A DNA stretch of 64,000 nucleotides from Nitrospinaceae bacterium. GTDB taxonomy: Bacteria > Nitrospinota > Nitrospinia > Nitrospinales > VA-1. The notes under the pieces are model-generated. The model was not told where the DNA came from and did no database searches. It was given only the letters and a program-made list of their open reading frames with translations. Position 1 is the first letter of the stretch; each line of letters opens with the position of its first letter. Made by a program: the position numbers and the translations under genes. The DNA lies in NCBI GenBank assembly GCA_029261455.1, contig JAJDBH010000139.1, positions 12,922 to 76,921 of the forward strand. The letters are read 5' to 3'. Below, piece after piece: positions 9,090 to 15,794 of this stretch.

Positions 9090-9797
9090 GTGCCAACAGC
9101 TATTGTGACAGGAGGAGCTATCCGCATCGGCCGGGCGATGGCTCTGCATCTAGCCCGAAAGGGATTCAATATCGCTCTGCTTTATCATAGCTCAGGAACG
9201 GCAAGCGAGGAAACTATCGAGGAAGCGCGAGCTCAAGGAGTTCATTGTCAGGGCTATGCGGGAGATTTGAGAAACCTTGAAGAGGCTGAATTGTTCATCG
9301 GCAAAATCCTCAAAGATTTTGATGATGTAGAACTGCTGGTCAATTCTGCGGCCAATTTCATTCAGGAAAATGTAGAGCAGACCCAGCTGGAAACCCTGGT
9401 CGACACCCTCAACCTTAATCTCATGGCGCCTTATTTGCTGATGCGTGAGTACAAACGCAAAGTGAACAAAGGTTTGATCGTCAATATTCTCGATGAGCGT
9501 GTGGCAAAAACTCTGCCCACATTCGCAGCTTATTCTGTCAGCAAAGTGGGTTTGAAACATTTAACCGAGCTGGCGGCGGTGGAGTGGGGGAAGTCTATTC
9601 GAGTCAATGGCATCGCGCCGGGACTCATCCTCCCCCCTCAGGGAGGTCCGCCTGATTATCTTGAAAAGGCCGCAAAAAAAGTTCCCACAGGCACCCATGG
9701 CAATTTGGAAAACCTCACTAAAGCTTTGGACTATCTGATGGAAAACACATTTGTGAACGGTGAAACCCTTTTTGTCGATGGCGGCGAATTCCTCTAA
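9090..9797 (+). CDS. SDR-family oxidoreductase (pteridine-reductase-like)
   Basis: TAIVTGGAIRIGRA (glycine-rich NAD(P)-binding motif), YSVSK (YxxxK catalytic motif), NGIAPG. GTG start. Confidence 0.85.
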   Translation: MPTAIVTGGAIRIGRAMALHLARKGFNIALLYHSSGTASEETIEEARAQGVHCQGYAGDLRNLEEAELFIGKILKDFDDVELLVNSAANFIQENVEQTQLETLVDTLNLNLMAPYLLMREYKRKVNKGLIVNILDERVAKTLPTFAAYSVSKVGLKHLTELAAVEWGKSIRVNGIAPGLILPPQGGPPDYLEKAAKKVPTGTHGNLENLTKALDYLMENTFVNGETLFVDGGEFL

Positions 9798-9799
9798 CA

Positions 9800-10747
9800 A
9801 TGGAACAATACGATTTCAAAATAGACTCAGCTGCCAGCCGGGAACGGCTTGACGTTTTTCTATCCACCCAACAGACAGAGATCAGTCGGTCGCGACTGAA
9901 AAAACTGATTATTGAAGGCCGAGTTACGGTCAACGGTGTGGTGCGACCTGTTGGATATAAAGTTCGGGAAGGAGACCAAGTCACCGTTCAGGTTCCTGCC
10001 CCGGTTCCTCTCGACACTGTGGCAGAACCCATCCCGCTGGATATTATTTTTGAAGATGAATATTTCCTTGCCCTGAACAAACCCGCGGGCATTGTGGTTC
10101 ACCCCGCACCGGGGCATTATACGGGGACACTGGTTAATGCATTACTGCATCATTGCAAAGACCTGTCGGGGATTGGCGGGGTCGAGAGACCCGGCATTGT
10201 ACACCGGCTCGATAAAGACACCTCGGGACTGGTCATGGTTGCCAAAACCGAAGCCGCACACAAAAATCTGGCAGCACAATTCAAGAAACGCGAAATCCAC
10301 AAAGAATATCTTGCCTTCGTGAAAGGCAATGTTAAAAAGGATACAGGTTCAATCCATACCAGCATCGGTCGGCATAAAGTTCACCGTAAAAAAATGGACA
10401 CAAGAGCCTCAAACGGCCGGGAAGCCTACACGGAATATCAGGTCGTACATCGAGGCAAAGATTGGTCTTATCTGAAGCTCTGGCCTAAAACAGGAAGAAC
10501 CCATCAAATTCGGGTTCATTTGGCTTCGATCCACCACCCCGTAATCGGGGATCAACTTTATGGTGGGAAGTCCCCTAAGCTGAAAATGCCCAGACAGGCT
10601 TTGCACGCTCATAAATTGGAATTAAAACACCCGATTTCGGGCTCAGGCTTATCATTTCAAGCACCACTTCCATCAGATATGGAAATCTTCCTACAATCCC
10701 ACGGGTATTCCTCCTCTGAAAAAATTGACGCCCTGCTAGAACAATAA
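9800..10747 (+). CDS. rluD: 23S rRNA pseudouridine synthase, RluA/RluD family
   Basis: N-terminal S4 domain (RLDVFL..SRSRLKKLI..GRVTVNG). Catalytic HRLDKDTSGL. Also GRTHQIRVH. Confidence 0.9.
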   Translation: MEQYDFKIDSAASRERLDVFLSTQQTEISRSRLKKLIIEGRVTVNGVVRPVGYKVREGDQVTVQVPAPVPLDTVAEPIPLDIIFEDEYFLALNKPAGIVVHPAPGHYTGTLVNALLHHCKDLSGIGGVERPGIVHRLDKDTSGLVMVAKTEAAHKNLAAQFKKREIHKEYLAFVKGNVKKDTGSIHTSIGRHKVHRKKMDTRASNGREAYTEYQVVHRGKDWSYLKLWPKTGRTHQIRVHLASIHHPVIGDQLYGGKSPKLKMPRQALHAHKLELKHPISGSGLSFQAPLPSDMEIFLQSHGYSSSEKIDALLEQ

Positions 10748-10816
10748 AGTTCACTCACCAACCAGACTAAAGCGTAATATTTCAAGTTCTCTCACGGTTC
10801 CTGATTGTGAGTTATT

Positions 10817-11391
10817 TGTGGAAAATTTTTGAATATCAGCGTTCTGATATTTTAAAATCCCCCTCAGCAAAAGATTCTCCTTGGAAGACTGAGAAATATC
10901 TCTTTGCTTTCAATGATTTAAATTTTCCTCACATTCATGTCGAATAACTACCGACCCAAAAAGAGGAGTCTGTGGTTTTTCCACAATTTTCAAGTTTAAA
11001 AAAAATTTAAAACAGATGCCTATAATAGGGGGAAGGAAAGGGTATCAAAATCCCGTCAGGCTTTTCCCCCTATAATCAGTCCGTCAAAAAACATTGCAAC
11101 ATCGACATTATGATTTAACCCTCTGGAGGCTTAGATGTAGGGGGAAATAAGGTACCCGAATTTTGACGCTTGATTTGCCCTTAATATATCTGAACAAACC
11201 AAATTCGACTCCCTTATTGCCTAGGTAAAGCCAATGGTTTAAGGGTGTTGAGTAAACATCATCAAGATCAACCTTTGCAGCGGGGTTTATTCTCTATACT
11301 CATCTCAATTCTCTTGCCTGACAAGGGTTTCAAAGGGCCCCCATATCAGGGAAAATCTTTTCCACATTATTTGTGCAAAACCTGTGGAAAA
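10817..11391. promoter_or_regulatory. Cluster of five DnaA-box matches (TTWTNCACA) with an adjacent A/T-only tract; candidate oriC or DnaA-binding locus
   Basis: TGTGGAAAA 10817-10825, TTTTCCACA 10977-10985, TTTTCCACA 11358-11366, TGTGCAAAA 11372-11380, TGTGGAAAA 11383-11391. AT-rich tract (one C, three G in 30 nt) at 10986-11015. No ORF of 60 aa or more in 10748-11607. Confidence 0.5.
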
Positions 11392-11607
11392 CAGCAGGTA
11401 CACTTTCTCTAACACACGATAATTAAAGGCTTTTGGGGTTCCCGATTAGAAACTACGCAACCCGAACAACTCTTTGATTTTTAACAATATTTCAAAGTCT
11501 TCGTTCTAAAGATAAAGGGTGCATCTAATAAAGTTTCTCTTGGCAGGTTTTTTGCGATTTCCGGGAGGGTTTTACGACTTTATTGATTGATGCCAGTTAA
11601 GCCCAGG

Positions 11608-12123
11608 CTAGGCACAGCATTTTTTATATTTTTTTCCACTCCCACAGGGGCAAGGGTCATTTCTGCCAATTTTGGCTTCACTACGAACAACAGTTTTGGG
11701 CTTCACCAGAGGCGAGGTCGCGACAGGAGGCAAGGTAGAATCTTTACGACTATAAACCCAACGACCATTGACTTTATAAAAACGAGAGGATTCTCTCAGG
11801 GTTTGTTCAGCATCTTCCTTAGTATAATAGGCAACAAAATCTACCTGCCCCTCAGAGTCTTCATGACCACCGGCTCGGGTATTCACAATTTCCAGCCTCT
11901 TCCAAACCACCTCGTCGTCGATCAGGTCTGGCCCCAGCCTGGCCATTTCTTTTTTTTCTTCAGGGTGACTGGTAATAACCAGATATTCCCAGTTTTTCTG
12001 AGTGAACGCGGTATAGCGCGACCGCATCAGATCCTCAGCCGTATCAGCGTATCCGGTACCTCGGATCAATAGGCCACAACAATCAGTAAAGGGGGAGTTC
12101 GAACCACAGGGGCAATCTTTCAT
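11608..12123 (-). CDS. SEC-C motif protein, YchJ/UPF0225 family
   Basis: N-terminal CPCGS..FTDCC and C-terminal [22 protein letters not shown] zinc motifs flank an NTF2-like middle. Confidence 0.8.
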   Translation of the reverse strand: MKDCPCGSNSPFTDCCGLLIRGTGYADTAEDLMRSRYTAFTQKNWEYLVITSHPEEKKEMARLGPDLIDDEVVWKRLEIVNTRAGGHEDSEGQVDFVAYYTKEDAEQTLRESSRFYKVNGRWVYSRKDSTLPPVATSPLVKPKTVVRSEAKIGRNDPCPCGSGKKYKKCCA

Positions 12124-12230
12124 TTTAGATAATCCGGTCTTTCTACTTGAAGGTTCTTCTTTTTTATTTAATAAAAAGGTATTTAGTGTGCTTCAACGGG
12201 TACTCCAAAAATCACAACTAGACAAAATAT

Positions 12231-12389
12231 CTATTTAACCGGTTTTCTCCTGAAGGGGAATGCCGGTCTCTGCCCTTTACGTTCCGCCAAACGTGAAGGT
12301 TTATTTTCACCATTTGGGTTATCTTTAACCTCTTGATCGCTCAGAGGCTTCTCTTGCTTCTGTTCCTTGTCTTGATTCGGGTTGTTCAT
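12231..12389 (-). CDS. Possible small hydrophilic protein (52 aa)
   Basis: Below the track threshold. ATG at 12389 sits 6 nt after GGAGAA. MNNPNQDKEQKQEKPLSDQEVKDNPNGENKPSRLAERKGQRPAFPFRRKPVK. Same direction as, and upstream of, the SEC-C gene. Confidence 0.3.
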   Translation of the reverse strand: MNNPNQDKEQKQEKPLSDQEVKDNPNGENKPSRLAERKGQRPAFPFRRKPVK

Positions 12390-12813
12390 TATAGTTCTCC
12401 AAATCATTCAACTATTTTTATTCTTTAATAGCATACGCAATCCAAACACCTCACACCAAAAGAAATCGTCTTCTACTCTATTTAGGTCTACCTATCAGAG
12501 CAAACGAATTATTGAGTGCCCGGAAAAAACAATGCCTTATCAGCTACGGGTTAAATCCAACCGGACTGACCAGCGCAAGTATTTGTAATTTAGGCCATAC
12601 CCCCCCCCAAACAGGCGATCAATTTACCCCTACCTGATGATATTCTTAGAAAAATAAGAACAAAAATTGTTAAAAAGCGTCTAAAATAAGACACTACATC
12701 TAAAAATACGCACCCATATAGAATTCCTTATTTGCGGGGATAAGAAAATTCTACCCCGCAAATAGCTGAATATAAAGGCATACCCTAGACCACTTACAAC
12801 ATGCTTGGAAGTT

Positions 12814-12829
12814 TGGTCTCTATTTTGCT
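12814..12829 (+). promoter_or_regulatory. Candidate sigma-54 promoter for the pilin operon
   Basis: TGGTCTCTATTTTGCT has GG and GC with the canonical -24/-12 spacing (TGG-N9-TTGC). It lies 25 nt upstream of the first pilin start. Confidence 0.35.
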
Positions 12830-12853
12830 TTAACCACAAGTGAGAATAAATAA

Positions 12854-13459
12854 ATGGTAACGGGAATGATATCAGCAAAAGATTTTAAGAATTTAGGACA
12901 ACTCCTTAAATCTCGAGAAGGTTTCACTTTAATTGAAACCATAATGGTTTTAGCGGTCTTCGGAGTAATCATGGCGATCGCAACTCCAAATTTTTCAAAA
13001 TGGAAAGAGAAACACGAGATAAACGGTCAAGCACAAAAGGTCTATTTTGATTTGATGTTGGCTCGCACCTCTGCTGTCAAAAATAACAATATCGTTAGAG
13101 TCGCTTTCAACACGACTAGTCACACCTACACAATTCATAACGACACCAATGAGGACGGCATCCAAGACTCTGGAGAGGCTGTGAAATCCGTAGCCTTGGA
13201 AAATGATATAAATTTCGCTTACAACACCGGAAACGATGTGGATGGCAATGCCATTGGCGCAGCTGTTTCCTTTGGCGGTTCCACAACAGTTACTTTCGAC
13301 TCCCGAGGCCAGTCCAACGCGAGTGGTTCGGTGTTCTTATTGCACACGAGTGATATCGGCAGCACTAATGACCGCGCACGTTCCATCAGTGTACTTCAGG
13401 CTACCGGTGCTGTGGATTACTGGACTTATGATGGAAGCGTTACGCCTCCTTGGAAATAA
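12854..13459 (+). CDS. GspH/FimT-like minor pilin (prepilin-type N-terminal methylation domain)
   Basis: ..KSREG|FTLIETIMVLAVFGVIMAIA. Class III signal with Glu5. About 200 aa. Confidence 0.8.
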   Translation: MVTGMISAKDFKNLGQLLKSREGFTLIETIMVLAVFGVIMAIATPNFSKWKEKHEINGQAQKVYFDLMLARTSAVKNNNIVRVAFNTTSHTYTIHNDTNEDGIQDSGEAVKSVALENDINFAYNTGNDVDGNAIGAAVSFGGSTTVTFDSRGQSNASGSVFLLHTSDIGSTNDRARSISVLQATGAVDYWTYDGSVTPPWK

Positions 13460-13461
13460 AC

Positions 13462-13974
13462 ATGAAAAACTTAACCAGCATTGCAGTGGACATGGATCAA
13501 GATCAGAAGGGATTCACATTGATTGAAGTGGTGGTCAGCATGGTCATTCTGTCCGTGGGTATTTTTGGCCTGATTAAAACCGCCAGTTCGGTCATTTATC
13601 ATCAGGATAATTCCAGATTGATCACCGAGGCCACGTTGAAAACCACAAATAAAATTGAGAACACAAAGCGTTACGGAGCGAATGAGCCCACAGGAGGCGC
13701 GTATGGTTTTAACTACCTCACGACTGATTATTTAACGGATGAAGTTTTCGCTGAAATCACTGACCAGAACTATAGAAAAATTGAGACCGACGGGGATTTC
13801 ACCATCACCACAAATCTCCAAGTTTATCCTTCAAGCTCGTCCGAAAACTTTGATGACCCGACATCAATACATATGCTGGAAGTAGTGGTCACAACAGTAT
13901 GGACTGACAGCCGGGGGCAAAGCAAAAATGTGGAAATGGCATCGGTACTTCACAGGAGGCAATTCATAGAATGA
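13462..13974 (+). CDS. PilV-like minor pilin
   Basis: MKNLTSIAVDMDQDQKG|FTLIEVVVSMVILSVGIFGL. I prefer the ATG at 13462 to the TTG at 13450. Confidence 0.75.
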   Translation: MKNLTSIAVDMDQDQKGFTLIEVVVSMVILSVGIFGLIKTASSVIYHQDNSRLITEATLKTTNKIENTKRYGANEPTGGAYGFNYLTTDYLTDEVFAEITDQNYRKIETDGDFTITTNLQVYPSSSSENFDDPTSIHMLEVVVTTVWTDSRGQSKNVEMASVLHRRQFIE

Positions 13975-15770
13975 TGAAAACGCATTTAAAACTAATTCGA
14001 CAGGAACGAGGAAGTACCCTAGTTGTGTATATGTTTGTTCTGGCTGCAATGGCAGCAATTGCTATTGCTTCATTGCAGACAATCACATTAAACCTCGAAT
14101 CCTCTCACTCCCATAAAAAAGGAAGAAATGCCTTTTATTCTGCCGAGGTCGGGCTCGACCTGGCCGTGAACGATATCATCTCTGAGTTTGAGAACCTTAG
14201 CGTCTACACAACTTCAGCCGATGATTCGAGCTCAGATGCTAACGGTTTTATTTCCGTCGCCGATTACCGCAACTATGCTGTCAATTATAATATAACCAAC
14301 CCGGTCGAGCGATTTCTCTATCAGACAGTGGTGGGAAATACCATTATCTATCATTACGCTCACACCTTCGATATTCAAGCTAACTCAACATCACTCAAAG
14401 ATTCCTCCAGAGAAACCGTGAACGAACAAATTCGGGTTCTGGAGACCCCTCTAGTCCAGTACTATATCTTTTATGGTGGATCAGGAAACGATGCCGATCT
14501 GGAAATTCTTCCAGGACCAACTATGAATAGTTGGGGACGGATTCATTCAAACAGCGACATATATATTGGCGCCGGTAGCACGTTTAACCTGAGAAATTAC
14601 GATACCGATAATAACTTGTCACCACACTCCATCGTTGCTGCGGGAAACATCTATTTGAAACGTAAAAACAATGGAAGCCCTTACGCGAATAACAAAGTCT
14701 ATGTAAAAACCTCTAACACGGGAACCACTTTTTCCCCCACTCAAAATATTGCAGCAACAATCAATTCTGTCAACGAGGACACTGAGGAAATCCGTTTCAA
14801 CAATTACCTCCTTATCAATGAAGAACCTTATTCAGTTCCCAGTCAAACCTTGTTCAAACGAGGTGCTTTTTACGAAAGCCGGTCTGGCGACCCACAACGA
14901 ACAACCATTGATGGAATAACGATTGTCGGCACAGGAGGTGTCGGTACCGGAAACATAGAGGTTTATGTTTCCCGGCCTAACGCCAACACCAATGTCACCG
15001 CTCTGGTTGCAGCGATGGAGTCTTCAACGGGAACGTCCACCGGTTTGGCTGACGCGATTACAGAAACAACTTCAGCCTTCCGAGACTGCCGAGAGGAGCG
15101 GGACGTCGACACCACGAATATCGACCTCAATCTCCTGGAGTTATGGTACGAAGAATATCTAGCCGATCAAGGTCTAAGTTTAGCGGGCGATGGCATACTG
15201 ATTTATACCTCTCGCTCTCCAGATGCAACGTATACAAATAGCGACACCAATCTTCAGGCCATTCGTCTGATGAAACTTGATACCACCTCAGCCCCCCAAT
15301 TATCCGATGAAACAACAGTTGCTACTGACAACCCTGTTTATATCCAGGGTGATTTCAATACCATTGATACCAAGGGCGTAGCAGTCATCAGCGATGCTCT
15401 CAATATTCTCTCTAACAGTTTCACTGGAAGAACATCTTGCAGTAGCAAAACAGACGCAACCACGACCACCCTCAATGCAGCATTCTTCGGCGGTAATGTT
15501 CCCACTCCTGCTGGGGGTGGGAACTACAGCGGAGGACTTGAAAATTATCCACGGTTTCAGGAAAGATGGAGTGGCATTGATTGCAATATCCGGGGAAGCT
15601 TTATCAACCTGTGGACCAGTTCCCAAGCTACAGAAAGATGGGGAAAATCAAATGTATATAACCCTCCGGGCCGTGCCTGGGGCTGGGATGTTCGGTTTCA
15701 GGACCCTGATTTCTGGCCGCCTTTTATTCCTTCCATCTTCAGTGTGGAGCGGGTGGGCTTTCTCGAATAG
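13971..15770 (+). CDS. Giant PilX-N-terminal-domain pilus protein (599 aa)
   Basis: ERGSTLVVYMFVLAAMAAIAIASLQ...AFYSAEVGLDLA is a PilX_N-like hydrophobic helix without Glu5. ATGA overlap with the upstream gene. C-terminus: GGLENYPRFQERWSG...PPGRAWGWDVRF. Confidence 0.7.
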   Translation: MMKTHLKLIRQERGSTLVVYMFVLAAMAAIAIASLQTITLNLESSHSHKKGRNAFYSAEVGLDLAVNDIISEFENLSVYTTSADDSSSDANGFISVADYRNYAVNYNITNPVERFLYQTVVGNTIIYHYAHTFDIQANSTSLKDSSRETVNEQIRVLETPLVQYYIFYGGSGNDADLEILPGPTMNSWGRIHSNSDIYIGAGSTFNLRNYDTDNNLSPHSIVAAGNIYLKRKNNGSPYANNKVYVKTSNTGTTFSPTQNIAATINSVNEDTEEIRFNNYLLINEEPYSVPSQTLFKRGAFYESRSGDPQRTTIDGITIVGTGGVGTGNIEVYVSRPNANTNVTALVAAMESSTGTSTGLADAITETTSAFRDCREERDVDTTNIDLNLLELWYEEYLADQGLSLAGDGILIYTSRSPDATYTNSDTNLQAIRLMKLDTTSAPQLSDETTVATDNPVYIQGDFNTIDTKGVAVISDALNILSNSFTGRTSCSSKTDATTTTLNAAFFGGNVPTPAGGGNYSGGLENYPRFQERWSGIDCNIRGSFINLWTSSQATERWGKSNVYNPPGRAWGWDVRFQDPDFWPPFIPSIFSVERVGFLE

Positions 15771-15794
15771 TCATCGAACAACGAGGGACATAAA

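Noticed and set aside
10748-11607. tmRNA, RNase P RNA, SRP RNA or tRNA hidden in the ORF-free region
   Set aside because: I found no tRNA-like T-arm (GGTTCGAATCC-type) with a CCA end, no GGGGCTGA-type tmRNA 5' end and no SRP GGAAGCAGCC-type motif. This was only an eye scan, so a covariance-model search (Rfam/Infernal) is still advisable.
11587-12072. 161-aa plus-strand ORF
   Set aside because: It is antisense to the SEC-C/YchJ-like gene, whose two zinc-motif ends are unmistakable.
12382-12878. Track ORFs 12382-12588 (+) and 12681-12878 (-) in the pilin upstream region
   Set aside because: Neither has an SD. The starts are non-ATG or poorly placed, and the composition is typical of AT-rich non-coding DNA. 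The second would run across the pilin promoter and start.
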